Shown here piece by piece: positions 1 to 7,851 of a stretch of DNA of 11,707 nt (positions are counted from its first letter, which is position 1; every line of letters begins with the position of its first letter). This DNA comes from Bacteroides sp. (GTDB lineage Bacteria > Bacteroidota > Bacteroidia > G022818785). The notes beneath the pieces were generated by a model, which saw nothing but the letters and a program-made list of their open reading frames with translations, ran no database searches and had not been told where the DNA came from. Location of the stretch: the NCBI GenBank assembly GCA_022818785.1, contig CP063811.1, positions 242,305 through 254,011 of the forward strand, written 5' to 3'. The translations under genes were made by a program, and so were the position numbers.

Positions 1-1037
1 GTTCTACTATTAAAAACATATGAACCACTAGATAATTTGCCAGAATAAACCCTTATAAAAGATAATCTACCAACAAAAGGATCTGTCATTATTTTGAATG
101 CTAATGCAGAAAAAGGATCATCAATAACAGGTTTTCTAATTACATTATTCCCATTATATGGATCTAATCCCTTTATTTGATTTAAATCAGATGGTGAAGG
201 CAAATAATTACAAACACTATCTAATAATAGATCTACTCCTTTATTTTTAAAGGCAGAGCCACACATAATTGGCGTAATAAGATTATTTATAACGTTAAAT
301 CTAATAGCATCTACAATTTCTTTTTCCGAAATATCATTATTATTAATAAATTTTTCTAAAATAACATCATTATTTTCTGAAATAGATTCTAATAACAAAT
401 TCCTATATTTATTAGTAATATTAATAAACTTACTTGGAATATCTTTTTCTACGCTTTCAAAATCTTTTATCCAATGTATATACTTTAATTTAACTAAATC
501 TATAATTCCCTCAAAATTGTTTTCAGAGCCAACTGGAATTTGTAATAAAACAGAATTTCCATTAAGCTTATTATTTATTTGATTAACAACATTAAAAAAA
601 TCTGCACCCATACGGTCCATTTTATTAATAAATGCTATTCTAGAAATATTGTATTTATTCATTTGTCTCCAAACAGTCTCAGATTGAGATTCTACCCCAC
701 CTACAGCACAAAACAAAGCTATAGCTCCATCTAATACCCTAAGAGATCGCTCTACTTCAACAGTAAAATCAACATGACCTGGTGTATCAATAATATTAAT
801 TTGATAATTATTATTATCTGTATTCCAAAATGTTGTAGTTGCAGCAGAAGTTATTGTAATTCCCCTTTCTTGCTCCTGATCCATCCAATCCATACATGCT
901 TCTCCATCATGCACTTCCCCCATTTTATGTAATTTACCAGTATAATATAATATACGTTCTGTAGTAGTAGTTTTTCCTGCATCAATATGAGCAGATATAC
1001 CTATATTACGAGTATAACGTAATTTATTCGAGTTCAT
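1..1037 (-). CDS. fusA: Elongation factor G, N-terminal ~345 codons (runs off the left edge of the window)
   Basis: Not in the ORF track because there is no stop in the window. Manual translation from ATG 1037 gives [34 protein letters not shown]...[12 protein letters not shown]...[24 protein letters not shown]...FINKMDR...CGSAFKNKG...[14 protein letters not shown]1, G2, G3 and G4 motifs are present and the frame is consistent to base 3. It lies 12 bp downstream of rpsG, the classic str operon order. Confidence 0.98.
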   Translation of the reverse strand, partial: MNSNKLRYTRNIGISAHIDAGKTTTTERILYYTGKLHKMGEVHDGEACMDWMDQEQERGITITSAATTTFWNTDNNNYQINIIDTPGHVDFTVEVERSLRVLDGAIALFCAVGGVESQSETVWRQMNKYNISRIAFINKMDRMGADFFNVVNQINNKLNGNSVLLQIPVGSENNFEGIIDLVKLKYIHWIKDFESVEKDIPSKFINITNKYRNLLLESISENNDVILEKFINNNDISEKEIVDAIRFNVINNLITPIMCGSAFKNKGVDLLLDSVCNYLPSPSDLNQIKGLDPYNGNNVIRKPVIDDPFSALAFKIMTDPFVGRLSFIRVYSGKLSSGSYVFNSR

Positions 1038-1049
1038 TATAATAATAGT

Positions 1050-1517
1050 CTAAAATTTAAAATGAGCAAAAGCTTTATTAGACTCAGCCATTTTATGAGT
1101 ATTTTCCTTTTTTTTAAAAGCATTTCCTGTCATATTGTAAGCATCAATAATTTCTCCTAACAATTTAAGACGTATAGTTTTTTCATTTCTTTTCCTAGCG
1201 GAATTAATAATCCATTTCATGGCTAATGAAATTTTTCTGTCAGGTCTAACCTCAGTTGGAACATGAAAATTAGCGCCTCCAATACGACGACTTTTTACCT
1301 CAATAGAAGGTGTAACATTATGCATAGCTTTACGCCAAACCAAAATACCGTCTTCTTTTAATTTGTTTTTTATACTATGAATTACACTATAAAAAATAGA
1401 ATATGATAAACTTTTTTTGCCTTTAATCATCATATTATTAACAAATTTAGTTATCATTGTATCTCCATATATAGGATCCGGTTTTATTAAATGTTTTTTA
1501 GCTTTATTTTTTCTCAT
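1050..1517 (-). CDS. rpsG: 30S ribosomal protein S7
   Basis: PDPIYG...KFVN..M..GKKS, EVKSRRIGGANFHVP and HKMAESNKAFAHF motifs; located between rpsL and fusA. Confidence 0.98.
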   Translation of the reverse strand: MRKNKAKKHLIKPDPIYGDTMITKFVNNMMIKGKKSLSYSIFYSVIHSIKNKLKEDGILVWRKAMHNVTPSIEVKSRRIGGANFHVPTEVRPDRKISLAMKWIINSARKRNEKTIRLKLLGEIIDAYNMTGNAFKKKENTHKMAESNKAFAHFKF

Positions 1518-1541
1518 TATTTATAATAAATATATCAAAAT

Positions 1542-1916
1542 TTATTTTTTATTTTTTTTAGATCCATATTTAGATCTACGTTGCTTACGATTTTCTACAC
1601 CAGTACTATCCAATGCTCCTCTAATAATATGATACCTTACACCTGGTAAATCTTTTACTTTTCCACCTCTAATCAATACCATTGAATGTTCTTGTAAGTT
1701 ATGACCTTCTCCAGGAATATATGCATTGACTTCTTTTCCATTAGTTAATTTAACACGAGCCACTTTTCTCATTGCGGAATTAGGTTTTTTAGGAGTAGTA
1801 GTATATACCCTTGTACAAACACCTCTTTTTTGAGGACAAGAATCTAAAGCTGGAGATTTACTTTTATTATTTATTTTTTTACGTCCTTTACGAATAAGTT
1901 GTTGTATAGTAGGCAT
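1542..1916 (-). CDS. rpsL: 30S ribosomal protein S12
   Basis: [34 protein letters not shown] and [10 protein letters not shown] motifs. Confidence 0.99.
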   Translation of the reverse strand: MPTIQQLIRKGRKKINNKSKSPALDSCPQKRGVCTRVYTTTPKKPNSAMRKVARVKLTNGKEVNAYIPGEGHNLQEHSMVLIRGGKVKDLPGVRYHIIRGALDSTGVENRKQRRSKYGSKKNKK

Positions 1917-1958
1917 AAAACACTATCTTTTTAATTATTTGTTAAATTAATATGAACC

Positions 1959-1990
1959 CAAATTTAATTAAGAAAAAATTAATATACAAA
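1959..1990 (-). promoter_or_regulatory. Bacteroidota primary-sigma promoter for rpsL-rpsG-fusA
   Basis: The minus strand reads TTTG (1990-1987), a 20-nt spacer, then TAAATTTG (1966-1959). This matches the established TTTG-N19-21-TAnnTTTG (-33/-7) consensus and lies 42 bp upstream of the rpsL ATG. Confidence 0.75.
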
Positions 1991-3022
1991 TCATATTATA
2001 TTAAATTGACTAAGAAAATTTAAATCATTTTCTGAAAAAAGTCTTATGTCATTAATCTTATATTTTAAACTTGCAACTCTTTCAACACCTATACCAAAAG
2101 CAAATCCATTATACTTATTAGAATCAATATTACAATTATTTAAAACATTTTTATCAATTAATCCACATCCTAATATTTCGCACCAACCAGTGTTTTTACA
2201 TATTTTACAACCCTTTCCTAAGCATAATAAACATAAAATATCTACTTCAACTGAAGGTTCTGTAAAAGGAAAATAAGAAGAACGCATTCTAAATTTAGTG
2301 TTTCTTCCAAAAAATTGTTGTATAAAATACACAATAGTATCTTTTAGATCTATAAAAGATACTTTTTTATTAACATAAAAGCCATCTATTTGATGAAAAA
2401 AACAATGAGATCTTGAAGATATATTCTCATTTCTATATACCTTTCCAAAAGTTATGCATTTAAATGGAGGTTTATTATCACACATATATCTAATTTGAAC
2501 TGAAGTTGTATGTGTTCTCAACATAATATTATTTCTGTGATCTTCTAAATTATGTTTAATAAAGAAAGTATCTTGCATATCTCTTGCAGGATGATTGGAC
2601 TTAAAATTAAGAGCACTAAAATTATTCCAATCATTTTCTATTTCACGGTCTTCTACAGTTTTAAATTTTAAATTATTAAAAATATTAATAATTTGGTCAT
2701 TAACATATGTTATAGGATGTTTGCCATTCCAATTATAACAATATCCAGGAAGGGTAAAATCTATACGTTTTTTTTCATCATTTTTTTCATTAATAAATAT
2801 ATTTTTATAATGATTAATTTTAAGATCAATTATTTTTTTTAAATAATTAATTTTTTCACCTATTGATTTTTTATCGTTATTAATATTTTTAAATTCATTA
2901 AATAACAACTTTAAAACTCCTTTCTTATTTTGATAATAGTTTTTAAAACTATTTAATTCATTTATATTACTAGGCTTAAAATTATTTATATATTTAATAT
3001 GATATTCTATTTTTTTAATCAT
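1991..3022 (-). CDS. pheS: Phenylalanine--tRNA ligase alpha subunit
   Basis: HPARDMQDTF, MLRTHTTSVQ, GKVYRNE...FHQ, SYFPFTEPS and GFAFGIGVER motifs, plus a CxxCxGxGCxxC insert; ends in TGA. Confidence 0.98.
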   Translation of the reverse strand: MIKKIEYHIKYINNFKPSNINELNSFKNYYQNKKGVLKLLFNEFKNINNDKKSIGEKINYLKKIIDLKINHYKNIFINEKNDEKKRIDFTLPGYCYNWNGKHPITYVNDQIINIFNNLKFKTVEDREIENDWNNFSALNFKSNHPARDMQDTFFIKHNLEDHRNNIMLRTHTTSVQIRYMCDNKPPFKCITFGKVYRNENISSRSHCFFHQIDGFYVNKKVSFIDLKDTIVYFIQQFFGRNTKFRMRSSYFPFTEPSVEVDILCLLCLGKGCKICKNTGWCEILGCGLIDKNVLNNCNIDSNKYNGFAFGIGVERVASLKYKINDIRLFSENDLNFLSQFNII

Positions 3023-3036
3023 ATTTAATTCTTTAT

Positions 3037-5499
3037 TTAAGATAAAATTATTGCTATAGAAGCTATTTGATCATTATTTTTTAATCTAATTAATTTTACT
3101 CCTTGTGTAGCTCTTCCAATTATTCTAATTTTGTTAACAGCCATTCTTATTGTAATACCAGATTTATTAATAATAATCATATCATCTTCATTATTAACAT
3201 TAATAACTGAAACTAAATTACCTGTTTTTTCATTTATATTCATTACTTTAATTCCTTTAGCTCCCCTATTTGTGATTCTGTAATCTGTAATTTTTGTTCT
3301 TTTACCATATCCATTTTTACTAATTGCTAATATATTAGATTCATGATTATTAATAATTACCATATTAACTATTTCATCATCTTTTTTTGAAAACCTCATA
3401 CCAAAAACTCCTACAGCAGATCTATTCATTGGTCTAACTGATGATTCTAAAAATCTTACAGAATAACCTAATTTTGAAGCCATAAAAACTTCACTATTAT
3501 AACTAACTAATTCTGCTTTTAATAAAGCATCATTCTCTTTTATTGTAATAGCATTAATACCATTAACTCTAGGTTTAGAATAATATTTTAAAGATGTCTT
3601 TTTAATAAGCCCATTTTTTGTACACATTATTATATATTTATTCAAAATAAATTTTTCTTCAAAACTATTAACAGATATAAAAGATTTAATATGATCACTT
3701 TTATCTATCTTCAAAAGATTTTGTATTGCTCTTCCCTTAGATTTTTTATTGGATTCAGGAATTGAATAAGCTTTCAACCAGAAACATTTTCCTTTTCTAG
3801 TAAATAGAAGTATCCAATCATGTGTATTAGCACTAATAATATGTTCTATATTATCACCATCTCTTAATTTACTGCCAATTATTCCTATACCACCTCTACT
3901 TTGTCTTTTGTATTCTGTGCTATCTGTACGTTTTATATAACCTACTTTGGAAATAGTAATTATAAAATTTTTATTTGGAATTAAATCTTCTAATGATTTT
4001 TTTTGTTTGTTATCTATTAAAATAGACGTACGTCTTTTATCTCCATACTTATCTTTTATTATATTTAAATGACTTTTTAAAATATTTTTACGATATATTT
4101 CATCACTAATAATGTTTTTACAATTTGATATTTCAATTTTAGTATTTTTATAATTTTCTGTTATCTTATGTTTTTCTAATTTTGTTAATTTATTAAGTTT
4201 AATATCTAAAATAGATTTGGATTGAATTTCAGAAAGGTTAAATGTTTTTGACAAAATATTATTTGCATCATTAATATTATCAGATTTTTTTATCAAACTA
4301 ATAGCTTTATCAATATTATTTGATATAATTATATATCCTTCCAATAAATGAAGTTTATGTTCATTATTTTTTAAATCATATTTTGTTTTTCTTATTAAAA
4401 CATTATCGATATGTTTATAAAAACAATATATCATGTCCTTAATATTTAAAAGTTTAGGATTACCATCTACTAATGCTATATTATTGACATTAAATGCAAT
4501 CTCTAAATTGGTATTTTTATATAACGAATTGAGAACGATATTAGGATCATGACCATATTTAATATCATAAACTATTTTAATACCATTTCTATCTGATTCA
4601 TCTCTAATAGAACTTATACCATCTATAGATTTTTTATTAACTAAATCAGCTGTTTTAATTATCATTTCACTTTTACTAACCATATAAGGTATTTCAGTTA
4701 CAATAATACGATGAAAATTTTTCTTATACTCAACAATTTTAACTCTACTTTTTAATATAATTTTACCTTTTCCTGTTTTATAAGATGAAATAACTCCTTC
4801 CAATCCATGTATTATACCACCTGTTGGAAAATCTGGTGCTTTAATATGCTTAATAATTTCATCAATAGATATTTGTTCATTATCAATAAATGCTATTATA
4901 GCGTTTATTGATTCGACAATATTATGAGGAGCCATATTTGTAGCTAATCCAACTGCTATCCCCGAAGACCCATTTAATATTAAATTAGGTAACATAGTTG
5001 GCAAAATTTTAGGTTCTTTTAATGAACCATCAAAATTATCTTTATAATCTACTGTATCATCATTAATATGATATAATACCTCTTCACAAATTTTACTGAA
5101 TTTTACCTCTGTATATCTCATAGCTGCTGGATTATCTCCATCTATAGATCCAAAATTTCCCTGGCCATTAACCAAAGGATATCTTAAAACCCAATTTTGA
5201 GCCATACGAACCATAGAGTCATATACTGAAGTATCACCATGAGGATGATATTTTCCTAATACTTCACCTACTATTCTAGCAGATTTTTTATACGATTTAT
5301 TATAATGCAAATTTAATTCATACATTCCATATAATACTCTTCTGTGTACAGGTTTAAGTCCATCTCTAACATCTGGTAATGCTCTAGAAACGATAACAGA
5401 CATAGAATAATCTATATATGATAATTCCATTTCTTTTATTATATCAACGGAAAATATATTTTCTTTATTATTACTGTTATCCTTTATTTTTTTATCCAT
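3037..5499 (-). CDS. gyrA: DNA gyrase subunit A
   Basis: RALPDVRDGLKPVHRR, GKYHPHGD and catalytic AAMRYTE motifs; GyrA-box-like QSRGGIG and C-terminal beta-pinwheel repeats favour GyrA over ParC. Confidence 0.96.
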   Translation of the reverse strand: MDKKIKDNSNNKENIFSVDIIKEMELSYIDYSMSVIVSRALPDVRDGLKPVHRRVLYGMYELNLHYNKSYKKSARIVGEVLGKYHPHGDTSVYDSMVRMAQNWVLRYPLVNGQGNFGSIDGDNPAAMRYTEVKFSKICEEVLYHINDDTVDYKDNFDGSLKEPKILPTMLPNLILNGSSGIAVGLATNMAPHNIVESINAIIAFIDNEQISIDEIIKHIKAPDFPTGGIIHGLEGVISSYKTGKGKIILKSRVKIVEYKKNFHRIIVTEIPYMVSKSEMIIKTADLVNKKSIDGISSIRDESDRNGIKIVYDIKYGHDPNIVLNSLYKNTNLEIAFNVNNIALVDGNPKLLNIKDMIYCFYKHIDNVLIRKTKYDLKNNEHKLHLLEGYIIISNNIDKAISLIKKSDNINDANNILSKTFNLSEIQSKSILDIKLNKLTKLEKHKITENYKNTKIEISNCKNIISDEIYRKNILKSHLNIIKDKYGDKRRTSILIDNKQKKSLEDLIPNKNFIITISKVGYIKRTDSTEYKRQSRGGIGIIGSKLRDGDNIEHIISANTHDWILLFTRKGKCFWLKAYSIPESNKKSKGRAIQNLLKIDKSDHIKSFISVNSFEEKFILNKYIIMCTKNGLIKKTSLKYYSKPRVNGINAITIKENDALLKAELVSYNSEVFMASKLGYSVRFLESSVRPMNRSAVGVFGMRFSKKDDEIVNMVIINNHESNILAISKNGYGKRTKITDYRITNRGAKGIKVMNINEKTGNLVSVINVNNEDDMIIINKSGITIRMAVNKIRIIGRATQGVKLIRLKNNDQIASIAIILS

Positions 5500-5575
5500 A
5501 TATTTATATTTAATTTATCTTTTATATTATAGTAAAAATCTTTATAATTTTTTTTTCTATTATAAATAAATAATC

Positions 5576-5893
5576 ATGAAATTTAACAATAAAAAGATTA
5601 TTAATTTGGAAAAAATTATTCAATATGAATTAATGAAAATATTTTCAAATTATCAATTTTATAAAACAAGAAATGGTATAATAACAATTACAGACGTTAT
5701 AGTGACAAAAGGATTAGAATATGCTAAAGTATATATAAGCTTTTATGGAACATATGATATTAATTTAATTATGAATAACATTAATAAATGTAAGAAAAAT
5801 ATAAGATTCATACTTGCAAAAAGAATAAAAAATAAAGTTCGAATAATTCCTGATATAATGTTTTTGCAAAAAAAAGAGAATCAAATAATATAA
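5576..5893 (+). CDS. rbfA: Ribosome-binding factor A (short C-terminus)
   Basis: ITITDVIVTKGLEYAKVYIS and IRFILAKRIKNKVRIIPDIMF match the RbfA KH-fold pattern (VTVT.V.VS.DL..AKVYVS ... IR..L...R..P.L.F). Confidence 0.9.
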   Translation: MKFNNKKIINLEKIIQYELMKIFSNYQFYKTRNGIITITDVIVTKGLEYAKVYISFYGTYDINLIMNNINKCKKNIRFILAKRIKNKVRIIPDIMFLQKKENQII

Positions 5894-7293
5894 TTTATTG
5901 CCTGATTATAAGCATGTCCTGTAGATTCAGAAATTATTTCACTAATAGTGGGATGAGGATATATAGATTGCAAAATTTCTTCATAAGTTGCTTCCAATGT
6001 TTTTCCTAATGATATTGATGAAATTATCTCTGTAGCATTATGGCCTATAATATGAGCTCCTAAAATTTCTCCATACTTATCATCATATATGATTTTCATA
6101 AATCCATGTTTTTTTGATATAGAATTTGCTTTTCCTAAAATATTAAAAGGAACTTTTCCAATTTTTATTTTATATCCTTTTTTAATAGCATTTTGTTCAG
6201 TTAATCCTATAGATGCTATTTCAGGATTACAATATGTACAATATGGTATATTGTTATAATTTATATCATGAATTTTTACACCTGATATATATTCTATACA
6301 ATTAATTCCTTCCATAGATGCTACATGTGCTAATGATGGTGTATCAATAACGTCACCTATAGCATAATATCCATTGATATTAGTTTGGTAATTTTTATCA
6401 ACAAGTATCTTATTATTTTTACATTTAATACCTATATTATCAATACCTATATTATCATAATTTCCTACTATACCTATAGCGGAAAAAACCATATTACATT
6501 TAATACGAACTAAATTATTATTTAATATATTTTTTATATACAATTCATACATTCCTATATTATCATATAATACTTTTTCGAGTAAAGAATTATTAATAAT
6601 ATTAATGCCTTTTTTGGTAAAATTGTTTTTTACAAAATTTGATATATCTTCATCTTCATTATTTAAAATATTATTTGCATATTCTATAATAGTCACTTTA
6701 ACTCCCAAAGCATTAAAAAAATATGCAAATTCAATACCTATAGCGCCTGATCCAATTATAACAATATCTTTGGGTAATTCTTTTAAAGATAAAATTTCTT
6801 TATAATAAAGTAATAATGAATTATCATGTTCATTTTTAAATATTGTTTTAGGCTTAGCTCCTGTGGCAATTATAATATTTTTGGATGATATTTGTTTTTT
6901 TATATTTTCATTGTTAAATGAAATCTCTATCTTATTTTTTTCATTTAAAAAAGCATTTCCATATATAATTTCTACATTATTTTTAGTCATTAAATGCTTA
7001 ATCCCATTTTCCATTTGAGATGATATTCTTTTACTACGATCGATTATTTTATTAAAATTTATATTAACACTATTTGAATTTAAACTAATTCCGTAAGATT
7101 CAGATTTTTGTATATATTCTAATACCTCTACGCTTTTGATTAATGATTTTGTAGGAATACATCCCCAATTTAAGCATATGCCTCCCAATTTATCTTTTTC
7201 TATTATAACTGTTTTTAATCCTAAATTAACAGCTCTTATAGCTGCAGTATATCCTCCTGGACCACCTCCAATTATAGCAATATCATAAACCAT
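5881..7293 (-). CDS. lpdA: Dihydrolipoamide dehydrogenase (E3), 470 aa
   Basis: FAD motif YDIAIIGGGPGGY, redox disulfide GGICLNWGCIPTK, NAD motif GSGAIGIE and C-terminal HPTISE dyad. Start revised to ATG 7293 because the track start (7350) is the anticodon of the upstream tRNA. Confidence 0.95.
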   Translation of the reverse strand: MVYDIAIIGGGPGGYTAAIRAVNLGLKTVIIEKDKLGGICLNWGCIPTKSLIKSVEVLEYIQKSESYGISLNSNSVNINFNKIIDRSKRISSQMENGIKHLMTKNNVEIIYGNAFLNEKNKIEISFNNENIKKQISSKNIIIATGAKPKTIFKNEHDNSLLLYYKEILSLKELPKDIVIIGSGAIGIEFAYFFNALGVKVTIIEYANNILNNEDEDISNFVKNNFTKKGINIINNSLLEKVLYDNIGMYELYIKNILNNNLVRIKCNMVFSAIGIVGNYDNIGIDNIGIKCKNNKILVDKNYQTNINGYYAIGDVIDTPSLAHVASMEGINCIEYISGVKIHDINYNNIPYCTYCNPEIASIGLTEQNAIKKGYKIKIGKVPFNILGKANSISKKHGFMKIIYDDKYGEILGAHIIGHNATEIISSISLGKTLEATYEEILQSIYPHPTISEIISESTGHAYNQAINYII

Positions 7294-7310
7294 AGTAAAA
7301 TCTTGTAAAG

Positions 7311-7385
7311 GGTGAATGACGGGGATTGAACCCGTGACCTCTAGATCCACAATCTAGCGCTCTAACCAGCTGAGCTACAATCACC
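7311..7385 (-). tRNA. tRNA-His (GUG), with genomically encoded G-1 and no complete encoded CCA
   Basis: The minus strand reads G-GTGATTG-TA-GCTC-AGCTGGTTA-GAGC-G-CTAGA-TTGTGGA-TCTAG-AGGTC-ACGGG-TTCAATC-CCCGT-CATTCAC-C, a full cloverleaf. Anticodon GTG is at 7350-7348 and the G-1:C73 His identity pair is present. Confidence 0.97.
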
Positions 7386-7435
7386 ATAAATCGTATTTGA
7401 TTATTTAATATACAAAAAAATACGTAATATTTTAT

Positions 7436-7443
7436 TATATTTG
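7436..7443 (+). promoter_or_regulatory. Candidate -7 element (TATATTTG) for ccmE-ccmF
   Basis: Matches TAnnTTTG, 45 bp upstream of the ccmE ATG at 7489. No correctly spaced -33 TTTG, and the motif is common by chance in AT-rich DNA. Confidence 0.45.
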
Positions 7444-7460
7444 GTCATTCAGATGAATAT

Positions 7461-7468
7461 CAAAATTA
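7461..7468 (-). promoter_or_regulatory. Candidate -7 element (TAATTTTG) for tRNA-His-lpdA
   Basis: Matches TAnnTTTG on the minus strand, 75 bp upstream of the tRNA. No -33 element. Confidence 0.3.
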
Positions 7469-7488
7469 TAGTTAATAATTATTATGTT

Positions 7489-7851
7489 ATGAAAAAAACA
7501 AGTTTACTTTATTTGTTATCGTCTTTATTTATTGTATTATTAATAACACTTACATATTATGATAGTAGCTATTATTCTAGCTTTGATAAAGCTGATAATA
7601 CAAAAGATGTTTATATAATAGGTAAATTAGTGAAGAATAGTACTATTATTTATAATCCTTCATTAGATGAAAACTTTTTTTCTTTTTATATGCAGGATAA
7701 AGAACATCAAATATCGAAAATAATATTTTTAGGTTCTAAACCTAATGACTTTGAATATTCGGACAATATAGTAGTTACTGGTAAAATGCATGATAATGTA
7801 TTTTACGCAAAAAAAATATTAATGAAATGTCCTTCAAAATATAGCTTATAA
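7489..7851 (+). CDS. ccmE: Cytochrome c maturation heme chaperone CcmE, Cys-type (CxxxY), 120 aa
   Basis: MKK plus an N-terminal hydrophobic anchor, an OB-fold-like core (KPNDF...IVVTGKM...FYAKKILMK) and terminal CPSKY; directly upstream of ccmF. ATG 7489 is preferred over the track's TTG 7441. Confidence 0.9.
   Translation: MKKTSLLYLLSSLFIVLLITLTYYDSSYYSSFDKADNTKDVYIIGKLVKNSTIIYNPSLDENFFSFYMQDKEHQISKIIFLGSKPNDFEYSDNIVVTGKMHDNVFYAKKILMKCPSKYSL

Noticed and set aside
1417-1632. 71-aa + strand ORF
   Set aside because: Antisense shadow of rpsG and rpsL with no recognisable motifs.
2046-2276. 76-aa + strand ORF
   Set aside because: Antisense shadow of the conserved pheS core.
5215-5255. GyrA QRDR has Thr at the E. 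coli Ser83-equivalent position (HGDTSVYD)
   Set aside because: Thr is the wild-type residue in many bacteria and the Asp87 equivalent is intact, so this is not evidence of quinolone resistance.
1991-5883. UGA-to-Trp recoding, as seen in some low-GC symbionts
   Set aside because: TGA ends pheS (1991-1993) and lpdA (5881-5883) at the expected C-termini, conserved Trp residues use TGG, and all genes are full length under code 11.
5938-5964. LpdA YPHPTISE instead of HPHPTLSE
   Set aside because: The catalytic His-x4-Glu dyad is intact; only the preceding variable position differs.
6605-6805. 66-aa + strand ORF
   Set aside because: Antisense shadow of lpdA.
7294-7350. 19-codon N-terminal extension of lpdA
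   Set aside because: The GTG start is the tRNA-His anticodon, and E3 homology begins at ATG 7293.
7441-7488. TTG-initiated extension of ccmE, or a ccmD remnant
   Set aside because: MKK plus the hydrophobic anchor at 7489 is a typical CcmE start. The extension overlaps promoter candidates and has no CcmD-like features.
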